From Candidatus Latescibacterota bacterium (GTDB taxonomy: Bacteria > Latescibacterota > UBA2968 > SICM01): 64,000 bases of DNA. A program made the translations under genes and the position numbers. The stretch lies in contig CBDCJO010000002.1 of NCBI GenBank assembly GCA_965217865.1, forward strand, positions 5,280,001 through 5,344,000. Direction: 5' to 3'. The notes under the pieces were generated by a model that saw only the letters and a program-made list of their open reading frames with translations, searched no databases and was not told where the DNA came from. Positions 1 through 8,804 of the stretch are shown piece by piece (the stretch's first letter is position 1; every line of letters starts with the position of its first letter).

Positions 1-1
1 T

Positions 2-265
2 GAGACACTCGCAACGATCACACCGGACGGCATCGATCCAAAGGCGTCCGGAGAACTGCCGGGTCCCATCGGTAGCCTTTGTCGGCTCCACGCGGATATC
101 CACGAACTCACGGTCAAGGCGGGGCTTGAAGGCGATCGAAACCTGTTCGTACAGGCGTTGTCTCTCGATCCTTTGAGTGCGGGAGCCGACTTCTCCGAGA
201 TCGGGGATCTTGCTGACGAATTGCTGATCGCGAATCGCGAATGGCTTCCACGATTCTTTGGATAA
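2..265 (+). CDS. C-terminal part of a glycoside hydrolase family 4 (alpha-galactosidase/glucosidase-like), 5'-partial
   Basis: Not in the ORF track. My frame-2 translation gives ETLATITPDGIDPKASGELPGPIGSLCRLHADIHELTVKAGLEGDRNLFVQALSLDPL...ELLIANREWLPRFFG*, which matches the typical GH4 C-terminus (ELTVEAAL.GDR...QAL.LDPL...N..YLP.F). Confidence 0.8.
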   Translation, partial: ETLATITPDGIDPKASGELPGPIGSLCRLHADIHELTVKAGLEGDRNLFVQALSLDPLSAGADFSEIGDLADELLIANREWLPRFFG

Positions 266-339
266 GAAGAGTCCCGGAGCGCTCCCTCGCTTGACGATTC
301 GATTCAGCGAAGGAAACCTCTCCCGGTCGAAATCTAAAA

Positions 340-1455
340 ATGAGGCGTCCTCTCAATTTCATCCACGTCGCATCCGCCGATTTCATCACCCGCTCCGCTT
401 ACCAGATGGGCAAGACGCCGGTATTACCCATCTTTGCTGCCACACTGGGGGCAAGCGGTCCTTTCCTGGGCTTTATTGTCTCCGTCTCTACTCTGACCGG
501 TTTTGTCCTGAAACCCCTCATCGGTATTCTTTCCGACCATTTCGGTCGCCGGGTGTGGCTTATTGTAGGAACCCTATTCTTTGTCGGCACCCCGTTTTTA
601 TATCGCTTTATTCAATCCCCAGAAGGACTTTTCGGCATTCGCGTTGTCCATGGATTGGCCACGGCCATCACCGGTCCTGTTGCGCTGGCTTTTGTGGCCG
701 AGCGGGAACCGAAGGGCCTCGGAGAAAAGTTAGGCTGGTTCGGACTTGCACGGCACGCAGCCAACATTTTCACGATCATCGGGATTTCGAGTTCGCTGGC
801 CTTTTTTTTCATCCTTTTCCCCTCAACCCCACCAAAATTCCACATCGCAGTTCCACCTGGGCCCATCCGTTGCCGTATCCTTCATGGACTCAGAACAGGT
901 GCCAGTGTCGCATCGATCTGGCTGGCCGGCGGGCTGGAAGCAACCGTGTTTATCGCACTTTATGGGGTAAGGGTTTTTTTGCCCGTTTATGCCATTGCCG
1001 GCGGGGTTAGCGTTGCACTTGTCGGGGCCTTCTTTGCGATCCAGGAGACCATCCACGTTGCGTTGAGGCCCGTCGGGGGACGCCTTGGGGACAGGGTTGG
1101 ATATCTCCGAGCCATCGGTCTCGGGCTGGCCTTGATGGGGTTAACGCTACCACTGATCGGGGCTACGACCCGTTCTTTGAACCTGATGATATTGGCCCCT
1201 CTCCTTGGGGTGGCACAGGCCTTGATCTTCCCGTCCACAGTTGCTCTGGTTTCGACCCGGATTGATCGGGGCCACCTGGGTGCGGGGATGGGTTTGATCG
1301 GAATGCTCCGGAATGCCGGCAAGATCATAGGTCCGATCCTTGGGGGGGTTCTGGTTCACTGGTTCGACTTTTCCCAAATGGTTCGGTTTATGGGATTTTT
1401 CTCCCTTTTGGGGGCTATACTCTGCTATCGGGCGCAAGGGAAAAGAGAGGCCTGA
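340..1455 (+). CDS. MFS transporter
   Basis: Hydrophobic 371 aa with MFS motif A twice (GILSDHFGRR; GRLGDRVGY). The region around TM5-6 looks shortened. Confidence 0.85.
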   Translation: MRRPLNFIHVASADFITRSAYQMGKTPVLPIFAATLGASGPFLGFIVSVSTLTGFVLKPLIGILSDHFGRRVWLIVGTLFFVGTPFLYRFIQSPEGLFGIRVVHGLATAITGPVALAFVAEREPKGLGEKLGWFGLARHAANIFTIIGISSSLAFFFILFPSTPPKFHIAVPPGPIRCRILHGLRTGASVASIWLAGGLEATVFIALYGVRVFLPVYAIAGGVSVALVGAFFAIQETIHVALRPVGGRLGDRVGYLRAIGLGLALMGLTLPLIGATTRSLNLMILAPLLGVAQALIFPSTVALVSTRIDRGHLGAGMGLIGMLRNAGKIIGPILGGVLVHWFDFSQMVRFMGFFSLLGAILCYRAQGKREA

Positions 1456-1510
1456 TCGATCGGCCGCCCACGCATGATCTTTTGAACTCGGAAGGTTGGA
1501 AGATCCGCTG

Positions 1511-3625
1511 ATGAACCTGGTTCACTTCTTTGAAACCCTTTCCGTCGGTACGATCGTCAATTTCGCGGGCGCAGGATACCGGGAGGGAGTTCTTGCAAAG
1601 GAGGCAGATGCCGGATGGCCGTTGGGCGTTGTCCGCCGGCTAAACGGAGACCTGATCGTGGTCGATTATCTGGCCCATAGGCTCTGGCGAATCGACCGGG
1701 ACGGGATCTTGCACGTATTTGCCGGCGATGGCATCGGGGGTCATTCGGGCGATGGGGGACCGGCGGTGGAAGCCCGTTTTTTTCTTCCCCACGATCTTTT
1801 CCAGGACATTTCCGGAAACCTCTATCTGTCCGATCTGGGGAATTACACGATTCGCCGGATCGACTTTGAAAGCGGAATAATCACCCGGGTCGCCGGGGTT
1901 GGACGGCGTGGACGAGGGGGAGATGGGGGCCCGGCGATTGAGGCCGAGCTCGACTGTACAAGCGGGGTTGCAGTGGACGAAGCGGGCAACGTTTTTCTTT
2001 CCGATGAATGGGCGTGTAACATCCGCCGGGTTGACTCCCGAACGGGGATCATCGAAACCTTTGCCGGTCAAAACGCCCGACACTATCCCTCGGAGCGTGG
2101 AGATAGCCGACCTTTGGCAGGTCCCGGGCTTAGCCTGATGGGCTACCACGGAGATGGGGGACCTGCATCGGAGGCCGCTTTCTATCACCCGGAACACCTG
2201 GCCTTTGATTCCAGGGGAAACCTGTATGTCTGCGATAACTCCAACGACCGGATACGCAGGATCGAAAAAAAGACCGGGATTGTGACGACTGTCCTCGGCA
2301 ATGGACAACGTACATCCAACGGTGATGGAGGACCTGCGATAGAGGCCGGCACTCTGATGCCGGACGCGATCTGTCTGGATGTTCACGATAACCTCTACGT
2401 CGGCGAGAAATATGGCTTTCGCGTACGCAAAGTCGACGCTCGGACAGGGATCGTGAACACGCTGGTCGGCAATGGGGTTCCGGGGTTCGGCGAAGAGGGT
2501 CTTCACGGATCCCATACAAGCTGCAATTCCTGCGAGGCCGGTATCTGGGCCGATCCGGATGGCACGGTGTTTTGGGGGGATTGCTCCGGCCGCCTCAGGC
2601 GCTACGACGGACAAACCGGAATTGTGACGACGGTTCTCGGAGGGACAAGCGTCCACGACGGTGAGGCGGCATCGGAGGGTTTCCTCTGCGGCCCCCGGGG
2701 GTTGTCCGTTGGACCGGATGGGCATATCTACATCGCAGATCGATGGAACCAGCGTATACGCGGGATAGATCCTCTAACGGGATCTATTCGAACCGTGGCC
2801 GGAAACGGAGCAAGGGCATATGGTGGGGACAATGGCCCTGCAACGGAAGCCTACCTGGGAAATCCGTCCGACGTATCGGTCGATTCCAGGGGTCGTGTGG
2901 TCATCGCGGATACACGCCACGGACACGTCCGGCGTGTGGATGAGGACGGAATCATCCGGGTCGTTGCTGGAACGACCTTTCAATGGGATAAGGGGGATGG
3001 GGGCCCCGCCCTCGGAGCCTGCATGGTGAGCGTGGAATCGGTTGCCCACGGTCCAAACGACGATATTTACTTTGGCGATTCGATTGGCAGAATACGCAGG
3101 ATCGATGACAAAACCGGGATCATCACGACCGTCGCAGGCCTGGGCATGACAGGATATTCGGGGGACGGGGGTCCGGCCGTCCAGGCTCGAATCGGAAGCC
3201 CGTCAGCGATCTGTTTGGATTCGGATGGAGGCCTTTACTTCGCAGACACCTCTTACCACGTTATCCGAAAGATCGATTCGCGAGGGATCATCTCGACGAT
3301 CGCCGGTTCCGGCCAATCCGGCACCTCACCTGACGGCACACACGCACAGGAGGTCAGGCTCGATTCGCCTCAAGGGATCGCGGTATCCGGTACCGGGGGG
3401 ATCTATATCGCAGATTCGCGGAACAACCGGGTCCGGCGGATTACGCCAAGCAATAAGGTGGAGACGGTGGTGGGGGGTGCGATGCCTGGGGATGGTGGTG
3501 ATGGGGGGCCGGCCCGAGAAGCCAAACTAAACGAACCTCACGGGCTCTGTTTCTATCAAGGGGACATTCTTTTGATCAGCGATTCCTGCAATAACAGGAT
3601 CAAGGCGGTCAAGGTTGCAGGATGA
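1511..3625 (+). CDS. NHL-repeat (teneurin-like NHL) beta-propeller protein
   Basis: Many repeats of G.G..G..GDGGPA..A.L..P..(V/L)AVD..G.(L/I)Y(I/V)AD..N.RIRR(I/V)D...G.I.T.AG. The ATG at 1511 is preferred over the TTG at 1496. Confidence 0.9.
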   Translation: MNLVHFFETLSVGTIVNFAGAGYREGVLAKEADAGWPLGVVRRLNGDLIVVDYLAHRLWRIDRDGILHVFAGDGIGGHSGDGGPAVEARFFLPHDLFQDISGNLYLSDLGNYTIRRIDFESGIITRVAGVGRRGRGGDGGPAIEAELDCTSGVAVDEAGNVFLSDEWACNIRRVDSRTGIIETFAGQNARHYPSERGDSRPLAGPGLSLMGYHGDGGPASEAAFYHPEHLAFDSRGNLYVCDNSNDRIRRIEKKTGIVTTVLGNGQRTSNGDGGPAIEAGTLMPDAICLDVHDNLYVGEKYGFRVRKVDARTGIVNTLVGNGVPGFGEEGLHGSHTSCNSCEAGIWADPDGTVFWGDCSGRLRRYDGQTGIVTTVLGGTSVHDGEAASEGFLCGPRGLSVGPDGHIYIADRWNQRIRGIDPLTGSIRTVAGNGARAYGGDNGPATEAYLGNPSDVSVDSRGRVVIADTRHGHVRRVDEDGIIRVVAGTTFQWDKGDGGPALGACMVSVESVAHGPNDDIYFGDSIGRIRRIDDKTGIITTVAGLGMTGYSGDGGPAVQARIGSPSAICLDSDGGLYFADTSYHVIRKIDSRGIISTIAGSGQSGTSPDGTHAQEVRLDSPQGIAVSGTGGIYIADSRNNRVRRITPSNKVETVVGGAMPGDGGDGGPAREAKLNEPHGLCFYQGDILLISDSCNNRIKAVKVAG

Positions 3626-3684
3626 GTTCAGTGACATAGGGAAGATAGACACGTCGACCGACGCCGTAACAGAGGAGCCATCCA

Positions 3685-4473
3685 ATGCACCCATTCGAAG
3701 ACCTCGAAGTCCCTGCCAGTGCCGCCGGTATCCACTGGTTCGGCCAGAGCACTTTCGCCCTCAAGGACGTTTCCTGCACCATCGTCCAGATAGACCCCTA
3801 CTACCCACGCGAGCGTCCCGCCGAACGATTTATCCACGCGCGTCCTCCCCTGCACGAGGCGTCGTTGCGCACCGATTTCGTGCTTCTGACCCACAATCAT
3901 GGCGACCACACCTGCATCGAGAGCATTGAGCGCATCCACGCAGCGTACCAGGAAGTTCGTTTCATCGGGCCCACAGAGAGCATCCAGGCCGTGCTGGAGA
4001 CGGGCGTCGACGCGTCCCAGACTCAGATCGTCACGGCCGGCGACATCGCCGAGATGGGCACGATAAAAGCGCAAACCGTGTGGGCGAAACCCCCGGAGGG
4101 CCTGTCCGCAGACGAGATCCAGCCTCCCGACGTGGCCCACCTCGGTTATGTGGTCGAAGTCGGCCAGACGCGCGTGTATATTTCCGGGGACCCGGTCAAC
4201 ACCTTCGCAGAGCACGAGGCGTTGCTCAAACCCGTGCGCGAACTCAAACCCTTCATCGGCTTCCTGACGACTCACCCCAACGAAGGCGAGTTTCCCTTCT
4301 TCGACGGCTCGGTTAAAATCGCCTCTTCTCTGGGCTTAAAAGCAGCCGTGCCCGCGCACTACGCATGTTTTGTAAAACGTAATTATGACCCGGTAGAATG
4401 GGCAGGTGGTTTAGAGGGCGTCGAACCACTGATCATCCCTTACAACCAGTCAGTCGTTTACCCCGCCGACTGA
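3685..4473 (+). CDS. MBL-fold metallo-hydrolase (UlaG-like)
   Basis: WFGQS, IDPY, THNHGDH metal motif, YISGD and PAHY. AGGAG RBS upstream. Confidence 0.88.
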   Translation: MHPFEDLEVPASAAGIHWFGQSTFALKDVSCTIVQIDPYYPRERPAERFIHARPPLHEASLRTDFVLLTHNHGDHTCIESIERIHAAYQEVRFIGPTESIQAVLETGVDASQTQIVTAGDIAEMGTIKAQTVWAKPPEGLSADEIQPPDVAHLGYVVEVGQTRVYISGDPVNTFAEHEALLKPVRELKPFIGFLTTHPNEGEFPFFDGSVKIASSLGLKAAVPAHYACFVKRNYDPVEWAGGLEGVEPLIIPYNQSVVYPAD

Positions 4474-4483
4474 ACACGAGCGC

Positions 4484-4571
4484 AGCCCAAACTGAACGAA
4501 CTGCTCGGGCTCCGTTTTTTGATCAGCGATCCCTGGAATTACCCGGGTGGTCAAGGACCCTGGATGAGTTC
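4484..4571 (+). repeat. Degenerate copy of the 3' end of the NHL gene (3520-3629)
   Basis: gcccaaactgaacgaactgctcgggctccgttt...tttgatcagcgatccctggaattac...ggtcaaggaccctggatgagttc aligns by eye with gccaaactaaacgaacctcacgggctctgttt...tttgatcagcgattcctgcaataac...ggtcaaggttgcaggatgagttc. Confidence 0.7.
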
Positions 4572-4612
4572 GATCCGAAGCTCTGAAAAAGGGTGATGAC
4601 AGAATAAATAAG

Positions 4613-4642
4613 AGGCCGACGAGTAGGTTTCGTCGGCCTTTT
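4613..4642 (+). terminator. Intrinsic terminator hairpin between convergent genes
   Basis: AGGCCGACGA-gtaggtt-TCGTCGGCCT followed by TTT. Confidence 0.65.
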
Positions 4643-4673
4643 GAATTCGGGGATATCTCGCAGTTTTATGAAT

Positions 4674-5177
4674 TCACGCCTGCATACGATCCGGAAGAAG
4701 CGTCGTTCCATCCGTTATAGCGGATTCGATCTGTTCTGTTGTGAGGCCGATGGTCGATCTCAGGTCCACTCGGCGAAGGCTGGTCCCTTCCAGGTCCGAT
4801 CCGGTAAGATCAGCGTTCTGGAGTTCGGCATAAGGGAGATTGGCTCCCTCAAGATTTGCACCCTGGAGGTTCGCTCCCCGGAGATCGGCTTTCAAGAGAT
4901 CTGCCAGTGAAAGCTCCCCCCACTGGAGATTCGCTCCTTGAAGTTTGGCCCACTGTAAGTTGGCCCCCTGGAGATCGGCCCACTGAAGGTAGGCCATCAG
5001 AAGACTTGCTTTGCAGAGGTTCACTTCCCTGAGGTCGGCCCGTGAACCTTCCTCACGATTGGTCGCCACCCACTTTCGATGTGCTGCCAGAATTCGGCTT
5101 AATTCTTTGAAGGATATCTCGCGTATCGAAGGAAGGCTCGATGCCTCATCCGTAAGAGAATCGTTTGGTTCACTCAT
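4674..5177 (-). CDS. Pentapeptide-repeat protein
   Basis: A(D/N)L.. pentapeptide repeats preceded by the ILAAHRKWV...EG.RADL cap motif. Confidence 0.9.
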   Translation of the reverse strand: MSEPNDSLTDEASSLPSIREISFKELSRILAAHRKWVATNREEGSRADLREVNLCKASLLMAYLQWADLQGANLQWAKLQGANLQWGELSLADLLKADLRGANLQGANLEGANLPYAELQNADLTGSDLEGTSLRRVDLRSTIGLTTEQIESAITDGTTLLPDRMQA

Positions 5178-5358
5178 CCCATATTTCCTGCAGGCCGTAT
5201 TTCGATATTCACTTCCCGACCCTAAACCTAAAAAGGTCCCGAGGCTTAATCCATGGTTCGCCAGGGGCGGGACCTTTCATGAGTTGATCTGTCACGTGTG
5301 ATTCAAAACCATCGGCAGTTCATTACATCTATTCGACACCGTTAATTTCTCAACCCTA

Positions 5359-5796
5359 TCATCCTACGAGCCATAGAAATAGAAAAAAGAATAAGGATAT
5401 GAAGAAAAGGGTTTTCCCTTTAAGCCCCTCCTCTTCTCCTCGGAAGTGAAGATCGGACCTATCCAGATCGGTTTGTTGAAGTTCCGGACCGATAATATGC
5501 ACCCCCTTCAGGTTCGCCTTTTTGAGATTTGCCTCTCCGAGTTGAGCCCCTACCAGGTTTGCACCGAAAAGGTCGGCCTTGTAGAGATTCGCCTGATTGA
5601 GATTCGCTCCGCCAAGGTCCGCCCCGCGGAGGTTGGCTCCATAGAGGTTGGATGTACGGAGGTTGGCTCGGCCGAGGTTGGCCCCGGAGAGATCGGCGCG
5701 GCTGAGGTCTGTGAGTATCTTCGGGTTTTCATCTCTCCATCTGTTCCAGGTTTCAACCCCTTCCTGAATCAGGGCGAGATGTTCCTGGTTTGCCAC
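5359..5796 (-). CDS. Pentapeptide-repeat protein with C-terminal transmembrane segment
   Basis: MANQEHLALIQEGVETWNRWR N-cap, ANL repeats and hydrophobic tail FFISLFFFLFLWLVG. Confidence 0.85.
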   Translation of the reverse strand: MANQEHLALIQEGVETWNRWRDENPKILTDLSRADLSGANLGRANLRTSNLYGANLRGADLGGANLNQANLYKADLFGANLVGAQLGEANLKKANLKGVHIIGPELQQTDLDRSDLHFRGEEEGLKGKTLFFISLFFFLFLWLVG

Positions 5797-5814
5797 GTAT
5801 TCGACCCCTTTGTT

Positions 5815-6612
5815 CTATTCGGGAAACTTGGTCTTGAAATCTGTTATGGCGGATTCCTTTTGTTCCCTCGTGAGCTGTAACGCCCCCCTCAAGTCGGCCC
5901 CGTTAAGGTTTGACCGCAGAAGGTTGGCATCCTCCAGATCAGCACCGCTCAGATCAGAACCCTGCAGATCGGCATCTGACAAGTTTGCCTTTTTGAAGGA
6001 GGTCTTCTGGAGATTCGCCCTCCTGATGTTGGCGCCTTGTAGATCAGCGCCCTGAAGATTGGCCTCCTGGAGGTTGGCTCTCCAGAGAAAGGCGGACTGA
6101 AGATTTGCTTCACCAAGGTTTGCCTCCGAAAGATTGGCTTTCCAGAGAAAGGCCTCCTGAAGGTTGGCTTTTTTCAGATTTGCTTTTTTCAGATTCGTCT
6201 CTCGAAGAAAAGCCCTCCAGAGTGAGGCCTCCGTTAAATCAGCCCGGCCAAGACTGGCCTGCATCAGGTTGACTTCCTGGAGGAAGGCCCCCCACAGGAT
6301 CGCTCCCCGAAGATCCGAACCCCTCAGATCAGCGCCCTGAAGATCGGTCTCCTGTAAATCGGCATCTCGGAGGAGTGCGTTATTAAGATCCGCCTTCCCG
6401 AGGATTGCACCACGCAGTTGTGCCTGGAACCCCTCCTTCCGATCAGACTCCAACCACTTCCGGTGGGCTTCCAGAATGTCCACCAACTCATCTTTGGATA
6501 ATTCTCTTAATTCCGAACTGGGGGCCTGAAGAATCTCTTCCAGTTTCTCGGGAGAGAGCTCTCCGAAATGATTGTTGTGGATAACCTGATCTTGAGGGCC
6601 GTCTTTCAGCAT
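5815..6612 (-). CDS. Pentapeptide-repeat protein
   Basis: ILEAHRKWLESDRKEG cap followed by a long run of A(D/N)L.. repeats. Confidence 0.92.
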   Translation of the reverse strand: MLKDGPQDQVIHNNHFGELSPEKLEEILQAPSSELRELSKDELVDILEAHRKWLESDRKEGFQAQLRGAILGKADLNNALLRDADLQETDLQGADLRGSDLRGAILWGAFLQEVNLMQASLGRADLTEASLWRAFLRETNLKKANLKKANLQEAFLWKANLSEANLGEANLQSAFLWRANLQEANLQGADLQGANIRRANLQKTSFKKANLSDADLQGSDLSGADLEDANLLRSNLNGADLRGALQLTREQKESAITDFKTKFPE

Positions 6613-6732
6613 TATTCAACTCCAGACGGAAATCGGATCTTAGAATCTGGTGGTGAAACTCCTGTGCGTCTACAGCACATATTTTTTCTTTTAAGTTTCG
6701 AACACGATCTTTCGTCCATCCATCCGGACGGT

Positions 6733-7200
6733 TTATTCCTCCGAATCATGTTCGTCCTCAAGGATCACCTCGAGTTCCATCCCAATCTTTGTTTTGGCCA
6801 CCTCTCGAAACGACTCCTCCTCTTTCTTGTCGAGTTTTAAAAGGATGGATCTCGTTGTGTCCGGGGTATCGTAGCTGATGGTGAACCAGTGATTCTTTCG
6901 CTTCGAAAATAGGGTGAAGGGGGTCAACAAAATGCCGACCACGCCTCGTTTGTGTTTCGACCGTTCATAGATCAGATCATTTATGGATTCATAGTGAACG
7001 GTTGTTGTATCCGGATAGTCCTCTTTTTTGCCCGTGATAACCAGGGTGGTGTCCGTGAAGTCTACGATCACGGGGTATTGGTTCGATTTTCCTCCCTCTT
7101 TATCGATCACGATTTTTGTTTTCTCGAAGGCGACGTCCTCTGCCGCTGCAAGATTGCCGAATAGTATGAAAAAAGCCAGCCCTCCTGCCAGCTCCTTCAT
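6733..7200 (-). CDS. Secreted hypothetical protein
   Basis: Signal-peptide-like N-terminus (MKELAGGLAFFILFGNLAAA), beta-rich body, GGGGA RBS. Confidence 0.7.
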   Translation of the reverse strand: MKELAGGLAFFILFGNLAAAEDVAFEKTKIVIDKEGGKSNQYPVIVDFTDTTLVITGKKEDYPDTTTVHYESINDLIYERSKHKRGVVGILLTPFTLFSKRKNHWFTISYDTPDTTRSILLKLDKKEEESFREVAKTKIGMELEVILEDEHDSEE

Positions 7201-7511
7201 CCATGTCCCCTTTCGTCATCCGTAAATAACCCAAGTCCCCACCCAACCAGGTCGCCTCTCCTCCCGTACGGAAGCGGAGATCGTCCGTCCTCTTTCGCCA
7301 GGTTCTTTACGCAATTTAGGTTGGGAGATATTCGATGTCAAGCGAAATAAGGAGGTGTAAACAGGGGTTTGACGGGCTAAGGGCGGCTGAAAAATGTGTT
7401 CCTTTCTCCTTCCGATCGTGCAAAGGATTTTCACGATCGGCATAAAGGGATACCCGGATACCACCAGGATAACCGTATAGAAATTACCTCCTTGAAACCT
7501 GCAACGAGATT

Positions 7512-7527
7512 CGGCACAGGTGTTGCA
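7512..7527 (+). promoter_or_regulatory. sigma54 (-24/-12) promoter upstream of the dockerin/cohesin surface-protein genes
   Basis: CGGCACAGGTGTTGCA = GG-N10-GC with a GGCAC...TTGC consensus, ~48 bp before ATG 7575. Confidence 0.65.
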
Positions 7528-7574
7528 TCAGGAGTGGAGTCAGAACCGCAACCCGATTTCAGCGAGTTATTTCT

Positions 7575-8779
7575 ATGGGACAGTTTCGCATTCAAGCATG
7601 TCTGTTGATCCTCTGGTTCGCCGATGGATCGGCGCAATCATCCGTCGAACTTTCGAAGCCCTCTATCGATTTCGGAATAGCGCGGACCAAGAGGGCGGTG
7701 ACGGACACGGTCGGGGTCACCAACACGGGAGTTGTGGACATGTTTGTGGAGCGTATGGATATGCGGACCACGACTTTCGATCTGCCGCCTGAGGGTGTGA
7801 CATCCGGACCGTTGAAGATTCGGGACTGGCGAATCTTGCAGGGGAGGGTGTTGTCCTGCCGTTGAAAGCGGGGGAGACGAAGATCAGGGCGGCCGCCGGT
7901 GAGGTTGTGAGTCCGGATGCGGTCCTTCGAATCGTAGCCCGGGGTGACCTGAATGGGATTGCGGATGTGGAGGTCTCAGATGTCCTTCGGATGATCGATA
8001 TCATCCTGGAGGTCTCTCCGGAGCCGACCCCCCTTGAATTGAGTGCCGGCGATATGAATGGGGACGGGGGGATCGATGTCCTGGACCTCACGTGGATTAT
8101 CGACATGATCCTCGGAAAATCAGGACCCCCATCAACGAAATTCGCTGGCGTGACGGGATGTCGTTATGAGGTGAATGTGGGGGAAGAGGATGGCATGGCA
8201 GAGCTTATCCTGGATTGTCCAGAGGCCGTTCGGGTCGTGCAGATTGACTTGGTTGGGATTGAAAAAGGGATTGCGTCGGTCGGGGTTGCAGATGGGATGA
8301 CCCTGGCATACCACCAAATTTCTGAGGTAAAGACTCGTGTCTTGCTCTTCAGCCTGGAAGGAAAGGTTATTCCGCCGGGGAAGGGTCCGATTCTTGAGTT
8401 TCGAAAGGACGGGTGGATCGAGGAGTTGGTGGTTGCCGGCCGGAATTTTAAAGAAACGGTGTTGCAAAATGGGTTGCGGGGGGAAGAGGCCGGAGCGGAT
8501 TTCGGTTTTCGCCTTCGGCAGAGTTACCCGAATCCGGCCAACGGCGCTGTTGCGATCGGGTACGACGTGCCGGAGGCACTGGAGGTAAGCCTCGAGATCT
8601 TCGACCTGTTGGGTCGAAGCGTGATCCGATTAATGAAAGGGTATAGTTCGTCCGGCCGTCACCTCATGACTTGGAATGGAAAAGATGGAAAAGGACGGGG
8701 GGTGGGAAATGGGGTCTATTTCATTCGGCTGAAGGCCGGCGCTTTCGTCGACGTAAGAAAATTAGTCTGGTTAAAATAG
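7575..8779 (+). CDS. Secreted dockerin-like + FlgD/T9SS-type CTD protein, frameshifted near 7820 (ORFs 7575-7865 and 7862-8779)
   Basis: Signal peptide and Ig-like start (SIDFG...DTVGVTNTG). The second frame is open upstream of 7862 and carries paired GDLNG.ADV.VSDV / GDMNGDGGIDVLDL dockerin repeats and the C-terminal QSYPNPAN...WNGKD..G..V..GVYFIRL...KLVWLK. Confidence 0.75.
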
Positions 8780-8804
8780 CACGTCCTTTCGAGGTCATCT
8801 GAAA

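Noticed and set aside
1640-2725. 361-aa antisense ORF, and similar long shadow ORFs (258-1010, 25773-26636, 40193-40951, 59265-60284, 63337-63984)
   Set aside because: They overlap well-supported genes in another frame or strand, have no recognisable motifs and are expected in GC-rich coding DNA.
4674-6612. Qnr/McbG-type antibiotic resistance call
   Set aside because: Only generic pentapeptide repeats are seen, with no Qnr-specific features or resistance context.
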